Source of the DNA: Asterias rubens
Taxonomy: Eukaryota
Reading direction: 5' to 3'
DNA length: 64,000 bases
NCBI RefSeq assembly: GCF_902459465.1
Contig: NC_047079.1
Span: 7,068,001-7,132,000, forward strand
Part shown: positions 49,456-63,794 of the stretch, piece after piece
Position numbering within the stretch: position 1 is the stretch's first letter
How the letters are laid out: the number at the start of each line of letters is the position of its first letter
Made by a program: the position numbers and the translations under genes
Notes under the pieces: model-generated
Told to the model about the DNA's origin: nothing
The model's database searches: none
The model's input: the letters and a program-made list of their open reading frames with translations, nothing else

Positions 49456-51879
49456 TATTAAACGAAACCAACCGAGTCTCATAAATAGTTCGGTAATCCC
49501 CGTTGAGTAATCGCAAAAGTAAATGTACATTTCATTGCTCATAAAACATGATCCCGTGATACCTTTCGTTTTTTTGTCAGGCCTTTATGCTTTTATAATT
49601 GACACTTAAAGTAGAGCCCGTCGTGTACACAAAAGTGCCGAACTTACATTTCGATGCTAACAAAAATACTGCAATTGAGGTGGGGCATTCACTGCAGGTC
49701 ACAGTGCAAATACAATGCTTAGCTTTGTGGGTTTTCTTTGGGTTTGGACCAATGGCTTTAGTTATGTTTAGTCCTACTACAGATTGTATTTTTTACGATG
49801 TCAGAGTTTGAACACATATGCACATACGAATATATACGCAGAGAAAACTCCTACATAAAAACATTTTAAATGGTTTTCCCCTTTGTGTTTCCCTCAATTT
49901 TATCTTTTATTGTTTACAAACGGAAACCAAAGTCCTTGGTGTATGTCGTTAACCGTTTCCTCGATACGCTGATGTTTCTTGTGAGTTTCCAATTTGGGTA
50001 ATTTCCCGAAAATTCCCGATAACTTCTTTTTATATATTTTTTATTGAAGTTCACGTGTGGTACATAGAAAACTCTCGCACACTTGTTGTATCACTTTTTT
50101 CTGCGATTTTCATTGGCAAAGCATTACAAATGTAAGATACATATCGTCACATAAACGAAAACACACAACAACAAACCATAGAGCAAGTCCTTGCCCTATA
50201 TGAACAAACAAACAAACAAACAAAAACAAAAACAAAAACAAAAACAAAACTGCAGTGGTAATTTAAAGCCCTATTTCCCCTGAAATAAAGACAGCAGGCG
50301 AAGATGGATAGTGCAAATAATGAAGGATTTGTGGTAAACACTAAACAGCACTAAAAATATTCACCAACATCTTACCTTTATACGTTCCAACTCACAGTAG
50401 CTCCATCCATCATACTAGACTCTTCAAAGGAACGTGAACGTAACTACACCTCACCAGTTGTCAAGAACACTCATGTACACATTCATGGTTTATTTACCAT
50501 AATTTATGCCTTGGATTTCCCGTCTTTTCCTAATTATAATAATGCATGTCTCGTGATACAGTTCTGGTTGTGGTGTAGTGTTGGTGGTTTGCAGATCATC
50601 CATGTAAGAAAAAGGAAGTCACCTTCATCATCTACGCACACCAAACAAAAATGGTCTGTGGGGCGACTTCTCGGCAGTGTTGTTTCAATAAGTGTGGTCT
50701 ATGTGTCAGACCTGCTGCATTCTGCTAGCGCTAACCCTCGTGGGCTGCCTTGACCTAATAAGTGAAACCAATGGCACAAATGCGATCTCTATTGGTACAT
50801 GCTTGGCTTATTATGCCTGGAATGTACTACGCACTATTCCACAATGATGAAGGACAGTCCTATGATCAAACTGTACACTGCCTCCTTTGCACACCACAAT
50901 CGAATCAGACCACCATGACCTCCACGCCCCAAGGTCAGTCTCGGAGGGTTTGCATCCGGTCCGGTTCATGGAAGCTGTTCAAAGCAAGCCTCGTGTTTAT
51001 TTGAACATTATTTGATATATTGTGATGACAGATTATGTTCAAATCTCAAAGTCAATAATCGCAAGTGGTGAATTGTATTATTCGGATCATGCACTTGCGC
51101 AGATGGTTGGTAGGGAAGGGCCTTAGATTGTGACGTCATGAAGGTCAGTGTTCGGTAGTATAGACGCAACACTATGTAGTTGGAAAACAATTAAAACGAG
51201 CAAAATGATTTTCAGAGTACAACGAGTGAAACTTAAAACATGGAAGTAAAACATGTACACAATTAGGGACTTCGACAAAATAATAAAAAGAACACTCAAA
51301 GGGCGGACCAAAAACTACACAAATATATTAAACAGCGCCCTCAGATTACTGGACGTATAATGGCCTTTTCGAATAACGGCCTTAGTCTTGAAATTAAGTC
51401 GGTAATGGGAAACTTTAGACTATCTGCCAATCACCAAGAGAGGGCGCTCTTCACCAGGTAATGTCAACAACTTAGGAAGGAAAAGCATGAGTGACGGTCA
51501 CTGACAGCAAATACCTTGTGTTTTGCGTGTTTTTGATTTTGTATTTTAGATTTAGCCAAACTGTATTTTGTTTTTTATAACACATTGCCAGCAAAAACCA
51601 AACTGTTCTGAAACAGGACGTACTGGACACGAGTTCCCCAATGATAACAAGCGATGTGCATGAGTTTTTGGGAGTGTTTCTTCTAGGGTAATTAGCAAAA
51701 ATTCCAAAATGCTGACCTACCAAAAATTGAGAAGAAATCTAAAGTTAAGTTGTATGACAATGTATCTGATTTAATTTTCAAGAGGCTGAGAGACTTCTAA
51801 ATATTGTTTGAGTGTTTTTGAATTTTTAGCATTTACCATTGTTTGCTATAGGAGTTGTGCACCCTTACCTGGTAGGTCT

Positions 51880-51894
51880 GCTGCCCTCTAGTGG
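51880..51894 (-). promoter_or_regulatory. CTCF-consensus motif
   Basis: Reverse complement CCACTAGAGGGCAGC matches CCASYAGRKGGCRS. Confidence 0.4.
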
Positions 51895-52409
51895 CAGAGC
51901 TTTCAAAAAGTCTCCCATTGTTTTAGCGCGGTGTGGTTATGGGACTGTGACTGTTGCATGAACAGCGGACTGTGTCAGTCATCAAATCTAGCTTTGCGTA
52001 CGCGCTCAGGGCTTAGACGAGAGGACAGTCTGAAGCCGAATCCAAAGCCGAAGCCGTGGATTTGAAAATGTCCAAGGTCACATCCCCTACCCCTTAGACT
52101 TGGGTCATATATACCCCCCCCCTCCCCAAGTCTCCTATCCTGAGGTTCCTTCTTCGTTCCTGTTACATCCATGGTTACATAAAGGGTGTGCCTCATTTAA
52201 ATAAATTAAGCCAATATAGGTTTCCCCAAGTCACACCCCACAATACACTACCGTATTATACTTTTTCAACCTGTAAACAATATTTTGTTGATATAAAATC
52301 TTCTAGGTCAATTCAAGTCTAGTTTATTAAAGACCCAAGGTCAGTTGGAATAATAAAATGCATTAATTTGACACCTGAACTTTTGTAAGTGACGAGCTAA
52401 GCTTACAAC

Positions 52410-52616
52410 GGGTGCGTTCGATAAGCTTCCCTGGGTCGACCCCGCAGTGCTCACTCGGTCGAGCCCCTGACAAGAGCTAATCGAACGATCACACACTCGC
52501 CCCCAAGTGACCCACTCCACAAGCATGGCACTGGGGGCTGACCCGGGTGAGCCCCGTTAAAGCTATTCGAATGTACCACCGGGGCAGACTGGGGTCGAAG
52601 CTAAACGAATGCACCC
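52410..52616. mobile_element. GC-rich MITE (Harbinger-like ends)
   Basis: TIR gggtgcgttcg / cgaatgcaccc. Confidence 0.65.
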
Positions 52617-52973
52617 ATCATGAAATACGGCGCCAGGAAGTGCACAATATTTCACGCCTGAGTACACAAACATTTCTCCCAGGGGTCAAATACAAGGTTT
52701 TATCAAAATCATAAACGGTGCCTTGAGCGTTATTGGCGGGACACAAGTTCACAGAAAAATAAACATTATTTCGTGTATTGAAAATGAAATGATGAATGAT
52801 GAACTTCAGTAAAGGTTACAGACGTCGGCCCCCATAGGATGCGTGCTGTCTGTATTTCAGGAAGCGTCTAATCGCGAGTCTGAACTTGACAACAACTTGA
52901 CAGATCAGAGTAAGCTATCAAGCAGTTGAGTTCGAGAGCCCACCGACTCAAGCCTTTTTTTTTCTCGAGCAGC

Positions 52974-55900
52974 ATGAAGATGACTGAAGAAGGTGGTGAG
53001 GCAGGGACTTATGTACCACAAGGCGATGGACGTACCACCAGGAGGAAACCCGGAGACAGTGCCTGTATGATTCTACTCAAGTTCATTGTGATTGTTGGGT
53101 TCGTGATATTCCTGGTCGCAACAAGTAAGGCATGCCTGGCGGGCAAATTCTCTTTTTCTGTACATCAAAACTACCACTGTCGTAGAGCTTTTCAGAAGGA
53201 TTCTTTTATCTAAATTGATTCAAAAAGGAAATCCTTAAAAAATACATCAGCAATTTTGATGTACGTGATTTGCATGTCTGGAGCACTGTATTTTACAAGC
53301 TCACTGACCCTGTCCTAAAGTACAGCGTTCGTATATTGTGCAATAATTGCATTCTCGTATATTTCATTTGATTGTACATTGTCAATCCTATCAGGGCAGA
53401 ACAGGGCGCCCTTATTTCATATTATCATTTCTACGGCTGCATCAGATTACTACAAAACTTCTGAGAGTTTTCAACGTTTTTGTGATTTCGTTTTCTTCCA
53501 AAAGGCCGTGTTCTGATAGTGTCAAAGGCATGCCGTAAACCTTAGGTGCTGAGTTCGAATTCACTTGGTCTTTTGATCCAACACAATTAAGTGAAATTAT
53601 TTTAGTAACTTTGCTGCTGTCATCGCGAACGGCAAAATGTCATAGAGCTGCTGAGCAATTTTCTGATTATTTACCAGAAATGAGCAGGAAATCAATTATA
53701 CATGTGGTAGTTTGGCTGGTAACCTTATTTTGATAAGCATAATTTTGTTGTGCTTAGCTATACTTTTTGTGCTCAGCCTTATGAAATTAGTCAGCTCTAA
53801 TGAAACTTGACATAAGTCTCTCTTGTTTTTCAGTCGTCCTCTTATTTGACAGAATTAACACCAAAGGAAGTAGTGGATATGAAGATGCCATATGTTTGTC
53901 TGAACAATGCGTCCAGTCAGGTAAGTTACTCCACAAACTTGCTTCAAAGTGCTTAAAGTTTAGGACCCAAATGTTGATTGGAGGCCAGTGTGATAACACT
54001 ATTGTTGTTTGTTGTTGATGTTTGTTGTTGATGTTGATGTTCTGCCAGCATCCTTTATGTGCTCTCTTAATGTAAAAGAGTGAAAAAGCACTCGTTGAAT
54101 AGCCGTATGAAGGACAACTCTTTGTCGAGTGGTCTTCCACTCTTTTAGATTGAATGATGCATCTTTTTGAGTGATTTTTCACTCTGTCCTGGAGTGAAAC
54201 CCTTCTAAAAGAATGAAATAACCACCACTCTCTTTGAAGAGCCGTATGGAGGACAGCTCGAAATGTAAAGAGTGGTGTTTTTTACTCTTTTACACTTAGA
54301 GAAACCGACTATGTCAAGTGTAGAGTAAACCAAACTATACAGCTTAATTAATATTGCAAACAGATAACTTCAAATGACCAATAATTTAACAGCATATGCA
54401 AAAAAGTCGCTGGAAAAAAATTGCAAAACGAACAATCCTAACCTGTGGAAAACAATGTTGCCAGCAGGTGCTGGAGAGTTTTAGCGAATATTATCCAAAA
54501 TGACGTATTAAAGAAAGGATTGAAGAAGGAAATGTTCAAGACAGTTCAAGTTGTTATTGCCAAAAATAAACACGTCTTCGCGTTTCGTTTTACTTAAAGG
54601 TTTAGTTTGGTAAGGATAAAAGTCATTAAAGTTATGGGAGCTTACTGAATACGACTTCTTTTCTTTTGAAATGAATCACTCGGGCATAAAGACTTATTCG
54701 AGAAAACTGTATTATATGCACAAAAAAAGTGCAGGAGATGAGTTTGGTTGTTACAACTGCATGCGGACAATATATTTACTTGCTGAAAATGGTGCATCGT
54801 TTTTACCTTTTTTCTTCCAGGCAAAACAGATTAAGCCCACATTGTCACAGCTTATTATTTCACGATTGTTGAAAGCGTGAACACTATTTGTGACTATTTT
54901 TGTCCATGTACTTATCCTGTTGTTACAACTCAGTGATCGAATGAGCGCATTTTCTTAATTTCCTTCATTTAAATGAAGTCGCATGTTTGACGTTATCTTT
55001 ATCATGTCTCTCACTGTAGGCTACTTGGCAGTAATTAAAATCAGCGTGCGGCTGTTTTGGCGAAAATTGTTTTCGTGCGGCATACACAGTAGTCTTGTTT
55101 CAAGGCGCAAGACAGTTCAACTTTAGCTTATTCTCGAATATTGGTGCGCAAACAACCCATATCTCATCGTGTCTAATTTTAAGTAATTGATGTTCTGTCT
55201 TTTCAAACTGTCTCAATATCAATGGATTGTTTTTTGTCTATACATGGAAATAATAATGTGTGTGTTGATCCCTTTTTGTCTTTTCAAGCTGCCATGTTAC
55301 AGACGAATATGGACAAATCAGCCAAGCCCTGCGATGATTTCTACGACTTTGCCTGCGGTGGCTGGGCCAAGAAACACGTAGTAACGGGGGATCAAACAAG
55401 CTTTGGTCAGTTCGCCAAACTTCAAGAGGCAACGAGCATGAAACTCAAAGGTGGGTATACAGGATATACTAGACCTTGACTGCTGCCATTTTGGCTGGCT
55501 TCGCTTTACAGTTTATTGTTGTTTGCTCAACAAGAGTGTTCCATGCCCGAAATGTGGCAGAGGGTGTACTCCCCCATTCAATGTTCGCATGCTTTAACAC
55601 ACTACTTTCATCTTGGCAGAAGTACCCACCCCTTCTGAAATCTTCTAAAGAATTCCTGAGATTCCCAGATCACAATGAAGACGCAACGGGGGGGGGGGTG
55701 GGCACAAGCTACACATTATCGAACAGACACCGTATTCATTCTGAAACATTCACAGGTGATTTTGATTGTATCTTTCTTGATAATGGCAGAACAATCAACG
55801 ATTCTGTCTCTAAGCAGCTTCAGGAATTACAATCGACTTGTATCAAGTGCTGTCTTCCAGTTGATCATGTGGTATGCGTCTTCACGAACTCGGCAAACTC

Positions 55901-58900
55901 TCGCGACAAGGGGATATATTATACGCCAAGCTGGCGACAGCCATTCTCTCTCATACAAACATTGGTTCAACGTATATGGTTATGAATTGCACAAATCAAC
56001 TATGACTTAGTATAGTAGACGGGATTACTTGCTTGTCTATGCCTTTAAAAAGTTCCCATGTGACAAGACCAGCTAACATTAACAATGTTTGTGTTTTTAC
56101 TATAGGACTGTTTGAAAGAGATCCGAAATCAAACGAGCCCGCATCTTTCAAGAAAGTCAGGGATTTCTACCATGGGTGTATGGACACAGGTATCGTTTCA
56201 TTTTTTTAAAACTTTTATTTCTAAAATTATGTTTTTCTATATTACCCCATAACAGCACCATAAGCGCCAATAACCCAATGGATAGTAAACGAGAACAAAG
56301 GTTAAGTTTTAAAACATGCCCACCAGATTTACGGGTGATGTAGCACCTCACGTGCCCTCTCTTCCGCCCTCGCTACCACTCTCACACCCTTTAAACAATC
56401 TGTCCCAAAATGGAAGAGAAACATTTACAAACCATGAGCTGTCTTGTTTCTCTTGAAGTAATATTGACCACTGATTTCCTTTAGAAACAATCGATAACCT
56501 GGGCAAGGCACCAATGATAGAGATGTTAACCAGTCTCGGTGGCTGGCCAGTCCTCGAAACAAACCCTGGTGGCAACTGGAACCAAAGTGCCTTCAGCTTC
56601 GAGCGACTGTTGGCGACTCTAATTGGGCAGTACGACACTTATCCCATCATATCTGTCTTTGTGGAAACGGATGACAAGAATTCTAGTGAATATGTTTTGC
56701 AGGTAATTTATTAAGTGTCTGTTTATACATCAAGTTAAATAGTCCAAACATCTAGTTATAAATTGAATTAACTTGAGTACAAGTTAAAGTACCATGACTG
56801 GGGGTTGATACCCCTTTTTCGGGAGAGGGGCTCATGGGGAGCTTACTGTGTGCCCGTTTTCGTATTTGTAAAAGTACTCTGTCTTTTTCGGTGAACTTGC
56901 CACGGACGTCTATTTCACCATCACGTTCTACTTAACAGTAATGTGAACTTGACATTTTTCAGGAAGTTTTTATGGTAATCAGCTGCACCACCAGTTACGG
57001 GCAAAACTACACGGAGGGGGGGGGGGGGGGGGTTGCAAAGACTTCACCGGACCTTGGGGCTATAAAACAGTGAGCAAACTTATGTGCAAAAACAATGGAA
57101 GAGAAAAGCGGACAACTCAAGGAAGTTCTCGATTCATAACAAACAATGCATGAGGTTTTTGAGTCTGTTTTTAACGAAACGCATCCGGATGGTTTGACAA
57201 GCTGGGGACGTATCCTCGATCTACTTGATCGGCCAGAACGTTTGCGTGGGCGGAGCCTCGGGTGTCAAAAAGGTATAGAGGATTTTCTACTGGAATATTG
57301 TTTTGGCTAATCCATGAATGTGTACAAGTGAAGGATTTGTGAGAAAAACAATCATAGTAAACTCTTGTCTTTTTTTGTCATAGATGGATCTGCCGGGTTT
57401 TGATGTGCCAAGCTTAGTCAGTGATAAAGACACCCGTCAAAACCGGATTAAGTCTTTGGTGAGAGAAGTGATTTTAAATGAACCTGCAAGAAATTATTAT
57501 AACTGATGTTTTTTTTTATTGATCTGTTGTTTGTGTCCACTTTGTGTATTGTTTTACCTTTACACCAATCTTTTCACAGATTCCTGAGCAGCCTCAGTAT
57601 GATCCTGGATACAGAAACTTAGTTGGCAAAGGAACAGAGTACTCAGCGGTAAGAAAATAGTATTGAATCAAGCCGTAATTTCTCGTAAATCAGTTTCTTG
57701 AGTACACACACTCACAAAGCCAGGTATTAAATAATGTCAACAAATAAAAACGACTAGAAAACACGTCTAGTAAGATTGCATGCATTATCCAGTGAGCTGA
57801 ACAAAATAATGTGTGTTTGTGCATTCTCCACTGTACTCTCTAACCCCTGGGAGCTCGAGCTGTTACTATTAGTCTTAACTCGAGTCTTTTTATACATGCA
57901 GGCCAGAAAGGCATACCTGAAGTACATGGTTGATACCGTAGTCGCTCTCGGTGGGAACAAAACGACTGCAATCGAGCAGATGAATGAGACTATGGAATTT
58001 GAAATAGAGTTGCAGAAGGTAAGACATGGCTAGTAAGTTTGTACAGTGTCTTGAAACAATTGACATTGTAAGACATGACCGTGAAATACGTCAAAAGTTC
58101 CTAAAGCCTTATGACACCAAACCATTCTTATCTAATTTTTACGCGACTTATTTCTTCGCAGATCAGAGACACTACGGATCCGGATCAAAACTATAATGAG
58201 ACCACAATAGAAGAGATGGGAATCACCTACCCTGAAGTGAGTAACAAATTTAGAGTAAAAAAAAACATAAAGCGTAATTAATTGAAGCATCGTTAGCTTC
58301 AAAACTGATCCAAACCTAAGCCAGAACCGGAGCCAAAACATAGGCCGTTTTTGGCTCAAGATGTTGTTATTTTTGGCAATTCTTATCATTACATCATGTT
58401 TAGATTGATTGGGAGCTGTTCTTTGAACACGTCATGCCAGAGACTATGACTCCACCAGTGACACCATCTGAACGGATCATTGACTACGCAGGGGGACCCA
58501 CTGGTTACTTCACGCATGTAATCAGATTGCTGGCGGCAGAGGATAGATTTAGAAGCAGGTAAGACATAATAATACAATCATATAAAAAAATAAAAAAATA
58601 AAATGAAAATAATTACTGAATAAATAAGCCCAAACTTAAACTACCTGAATAATTTCGGATCTTCCAGGGTGACAGCCAATTACATGCTCTGGCGACTTGT
58701 GGAAAAAATGGTTTCGAACCTTGGAAGTGAGTTTACGGATATAGTGCAGGAATACAAAATGGCGACCCGGGGAACAACTAAAGAGCTCCCACGATGGAAG
58801 ACGTGCTCGTGGAACACAAATGCTGTACTTTCTTTCGCCTCTGGGAGGATGTTTATTGATGAGTACTTTCCCGAAACCGCCAAGGAAAAGGTAGAGTAGG

Positions 58901-61900
58901 AACTGTTGAAGAGTCACAATGAACAAACAAACTGGACTAAAAATGTTGGCAGCCTCTGAAGCGGAGTCAGCTCTATGTATTCGGAGAGTTGCAGCATTGT
59001 TATGATACATAAACATACACAGCTAGCCTACCAAAATAATTAACAACATTCAAGGAGTTTTGGGTAAATAAATTGTCTTCATAGTGATTGTCTCCTGCAG
59101 ACACTTACAAAAGAAACAAATTAATTTTGGAAAGAATTTGTGAACAAAATTCAGATTTTTCTGTTATCCATAATACAAACAAAATGCAAAACAATGTACA
59201 CAGCAAAGTAGGAAATAACATAACATAAAACAAAATAATGAGATGAATAATCGACTTGTTTATAATCCCCAATGAAATACTTGTACATATAAGTAGGACT
59301 CAGAACTGTTGATGGATGGGAGTATCCTAGGTGAGGCTCATGGTATAGCGCTACGTGTAATGGTGCTACCACGAACTTCACCTTATTGTACAAAAGTAAA
59401 AAGAAGTGAAAGTCCAGACCTTTATTAAAGCTTTAATCTTGTCAACTTGACTTGCTTTCAGACGAAGGAGATGGTTCATAAACTCTTAGACGCCTTTAAA
59501 GTCATGTTGGATAGTAACGAGTGGATGCAGGATGCGGATAAGAAGGAAGCACGTGCAAAGGTCAGTTTTTTTTTTGCACTTTTTAAAACGCCCACATGCC
59601 CCCTTCCAGTCTGCCTTAACCCCCCCCCCCCCCAACCCCACCCACCCCTTGTTGTTTTCTTTCCTTTTTAAGGCTCAACACGATTAAGACTTTAAAGCTT
59701 TCAAAGGAGAGTAAATAAAGGTCACAGGTTTCACTCATGGAACAATCTCCCTCTACACATCAAACAAGCTACCACTGTCCCACGTTTCAAGAGTTTTCTC
59801 AAAACATTCAATGGGAGACTTTTGGGACGCTTGGTGGCAGCAGACTTACCAGGTAAACTCCATTGTTCTCGGTAATCTGCGCACGCTCAGAACTACGTAA
59901 ACAATGGACATTTGAGAGCTTAGATATTCTTTTTGGGGTGTTAGGCGCTATATGAATGCAGTTGTTGTATTAACGTTATTATTTAAATAAAGTTCATTGG
60001 TTTGAATTGATCATGTAACATTTTTCATTGAAAACAGAAACCAAACTTCCAACTATTGGTTTAAAGCCATTGTACACTTTCGGCACAGAAAAAAATCAAC
60101 AAAAAAAATCACAGACTTACAAATAACTTTAACAGGGTTTACAGAAGGTAATGGTGAAAGAAAACGTGCGGAAACAATGGTGGGTTTACCCCGTTATTTT
60201 CTCCCGACTCCGATGACCGATTGAGCCATATTTTTCACAGGTTTGTCATTTTTTATATGTCAGTTGTGATACACGAAGTGTGGGTCTTGGACAATGCTGT
60301 TTACCGAAAGTGTACAATGGCTTTAAAATACTCAGGTACATTTTTAAGTTACAACAGCATAATATAACATTACTTTTTCAAATTGAATTCATTTATATTT
60401 TGGATTGCATGTTGACTATTATTATTGTCATAAACCAACAGGCAGATAAGATGGAAATTGACATCGGTTTCCCAGAATGGATGAAGAACAATGCTAAAAT
60501 GGACGCCAAGTACAAGGACGTATGTATAATTATTATGTAATTTAATTTTAGAAAGGGAATTTAAAACCATGGTTTTGCAACAATTTGGAATGAGAAAGTT
60601 TTTGCCCCTTTTCTGTCCTGCCTTTCAAGTCTTGTCAAAAATTGCACGGGAATCTTTTATCCGTTTGGTTAAAACTACAGAAATTAATTATAGGATAATT
60701 GCCCCCGACAAAAAAATTATAAACTATAAAATAAATTATAAACTCTCACCCTTGTTGATGTGATGGTGTGATTTGTTGATTTTAGATTAATACTACGAAG
60801 GAAAACGGATTTGCAAACTTATTATCGTACTACAAATGGAGGTCAAGAGAAGATCTGCAAATTCTGCGACGCCCGGTCGACAAGAACGAGTAAGTTCGTG
60901 TACTTGTTAGTTGATCCCTTATAAACAAGGAAAAAAAAACTAAATAAATGATTCTGGTCTAATTATCATTCTAAATTGATTGTGTTTTCTTTATATTAAC
61001 AGGTGGAGGAAGGGACCTGCTACTATAAATGCATTCTACATCGGTTCATCGAATAAGATGCGTAAGCAATGCATTTGATTTGACGCCACACCCTCAGTTT
61101 ACCCCTAATATGGACCGCCATGAGCATAAAAGTGCCCCCTTTCCCTCCGTATTTTTCAAAGTTCCCAAGTTTAATGAAACTTTACACAATGTTCATTTCA
61201 CATTTCAAATGTTCAAGTTCTATGATGACATTATTCAAAACTTTCCCATTTTAGTGCATTGGTTGTTGGAGTTTGTTCATACAAACTATATATTTGTCTA
61301 CTAATAGTTTCCGCATTTCTTTCTGTGCCCAGTCAAAAGTAGTGGTTCGCATAATTATCATAATCTAGACCTAAACGTATTTTGCGTAATCTTGTTATGG
61401 CGAGGTTTTCTGATAATGTCGGCCGGGCTGGGAGGTGTGAGGCTTGTTTACACAATGTATGTTAGAGAGCATGGTACATTGTAGTCTCGCAGTGGGAAAT
61501 ATTGCAAACAACGGCTTTATTTCAAGTCAAGCATTCTCATATTTTGCTTTCTTGATTGTCTTTTCAGAGTTTCCAGCAGGTATTCTCCAACCGCCATTCT
61601 ACCACCAAGACCTTCCATGGTAATGTTACTTGGTTGTAGTATTATTTAGCTTGTCTCCTTAGTGCTTACTGTAAGATATCTCTATGGCTTCTCGAAGATA
61701 ATTCCCTTCACGGGAAATCACTTTAATCCGGTGTCCTTAGGAAATCTGTCCCCATAGATTCTGTCCCCTGTATGGGAAATTAACATAAGCTAGAGGAGGA
61801 GGATTCAAAAAATGGCGCTGTTTGAAGAAGTTTGTACACAGTTGGCCGTTTGGACGACATGATAATCTTCAAATAATAAACCACGTGTAGTAATAATAAT

Positions 61901-63794
61901 AATAATAATAATAAGACTTGTAATGCGCACATATCCACCCTGCTGGGTGTTCAAGGCGCAGTAAAACCAAAAACAAAACAAAAACACAACACAAAGAAAA
62001 ACAGACACAACAAAATTAGTCATTGAAAACCTGTGACATAAGATAAGTTTTGAGAAGAGACTTGAATTTTGCAGTACAAAGACAAGATCGAAGATTAAGT
62101 GGTAGAGAGTTCCAGATGCGTGGCGCGGCTGAAGAAAAAGACCTGTCACCCCATGAGTGTCGAGACTTGGGTTCAATGAGGAGAAGCAATAACTGCATTC
62201 TGATGATATAATCAACGTGCTCTGAAGTCCTTTTTTCGATTCCTATGAACTTCATTGCAGGTATTTCAATTATGGAGGGATAGGAACAGTCATCGGTCAC
62301 GAAATAACTCATGGGTTTGATACAGAAGGTGAGATACAGTTAGGTTGACTCCGCAACGCCTACTTCACCTATAGCCATGCCTATTTCATCTAATAGCCAT
62401 GCCTATTTCACCCATAGCCACGCCTACTTCACATATAGCCACGCTTACTTATCCTAATAGCCACGCCTACTTCACATACAACCACGCCTATATACTTTAT
62501 AATCCCGCAGTAGGCGTGGCTATGAAATGAAGTAGGCGTGGCTTACACTGGCAGTTAGCTCTGTTATTGAATGAAAATGTTTAAACATCTTTCAGGAAGG
62601 ACTTACGACAAAGATGGGAACCTCAGGACCTGGTGGAGTGAGAAATCTATCGATAGTTTCAATAACCAGACTCAGTGTATGGTGGAGCAGTATTCAAAAT
62701 TCGCCTTGCCGGACACAGAGACACATGTAAGTAAAGCACGGTTTCCCGTTTGGTTTTTGTCAAATTATCTGACATTTTTTGTAAAAAAAGTTGATGTTCA
62801 AGTAATGTTAGATAAGAATATGATCCTACTTTTTGCCTATTTAAGTGAAACTTGTTTCTTACTTATTCACAAGGCACTATTGATGCATCTTGAGATGAGT
62901 TGTCAGTTTTACCAGAGCGATGTGTACTATGACGTCATACTTTGCTTCGGCAATACTCAGTTTTAAGATCAATAATTATTAGCTCTTTGTGAACACGGCC
63001 CATGATTGTCTTGTGATTTTGTTGTTTTTACTCCAGCTCGATGGCGAACGTACTTTGGATGAAAACATTGCTGATAATGGAGGAGTCAAGGAAGCTTATC
63101 TGGTATAATAAACATTTAACCCATTTCTCGTTTTATAGACAGGGTACACTTTTGGTATTGTCAAATATCAAAATGTCAAATGTCAAATATATCAGAGTAC
63201 ATGTATCCTTAATTGGTGCATCCCTACACGCACACAAAATAAATGTGAACAATTTTGCTAAATAGTCGCTGCTTTAAGTACCCCCTTGTTATATTATGTT
63301 CCCGTCAGGCCTTCAAAGATAGCTCACCAAATGAACCCCTTCTACCCGGTGTGGACTACACTCAGGATCAAGTCTTCTTTATCTCATACGCTCAGGTAAG
63401 GTCATAGGTCAAATGACTTAGAATAGGGTCACCCAACTTGAATCACGACACTACATCGGTGATTCTATGTTTTAAAGGATTTTTGTCCGTCTTCTCTTTA
63501 TAGATTTGGTGTTGCATTTTTACTCCAAAAGGTGCACTTCACTCGATTTCCCGCAAATCACACTCCTTGGAGCCATTTAGGTGTGTATCTTTATTATTGT
63601 GTTACAACAGCATACTATTAATTCTCACTTGGCATCAAAGTTGTTAAGCAAACTTGCTAATTCCTACCCTTGTCTGTTTTCTTTCCTGATTTAGACCTGT
63701 CGGCACTCTGCAGAACAATGATGACTTCTCAAAGACCTTCAATTGTGCGGCAGGGAGTTACATGAACCCTACTGAGAAATGCAAAGTCTGGTAA
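52974..63794 (+). CDS. Neprilysin/endothelin-converting-enzyme-like M13 zinc metallopeptidase, type II membrane, 22 coding exons, ~778 aa
   Basis: Exons 52974-53124, 53834-53920, 55289-55450, 56106-56189, 56485-56702, 57384-57458, 57580-57648, 57902-58018, 58162-58236, 58404-58558, 58668-58890, 59462-59560, 60442-60519, 60786-60889, 61003-61061, 61568-61619, 62261-62328, 62596-62726, 63037-63102, 63309-63395, 63504-63580, 63695-63794 splice in frame. Motifs [42 protein letters not shown], terminal CKVW. Confidence 0.93.
53631..53792. mobile_element. PIF/Harbinger-like MITE family C
   Basis: Body matches the 13354 copy (ctggtaaccttatt...ttgtgcttagcta). Confidence 0.6.
60065..60322. mobile_element. 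Kolobok-like MITE, second family
   Basis: TTAA-agccattgtacactttcgg...ccgaaagtgtacaatggct-TTAA. Confidence 0.88.
61890..62210 (-). mobile_element. L2-clade LINE 3' fragment with (TTA)n tail
   Basis: Translation [22 protein letters not shown]...FKSLLKTYL, then 3' tail ggatatgtgcgcattacaagtc and (att)n. Confidence 0.85.
62358..62545. repeat. ~20 bp minisatellite (gccacgcctacttcacatata) ending in two inverted units
   Basis: About six direct units, then gtaggcgtggc twice. Confidence 0.85.

Noticed and set aside
55476-55985. 169-aa plus-strand ORF
   Set aside because: Lies inside M13 intron 3 with no recognisable motifs; the flanking exons splice in frame without it.
62358-62545. CRISPR-like array
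   Set aside because: Units are contiguous with no unique spacers; ordinary minisatellite.
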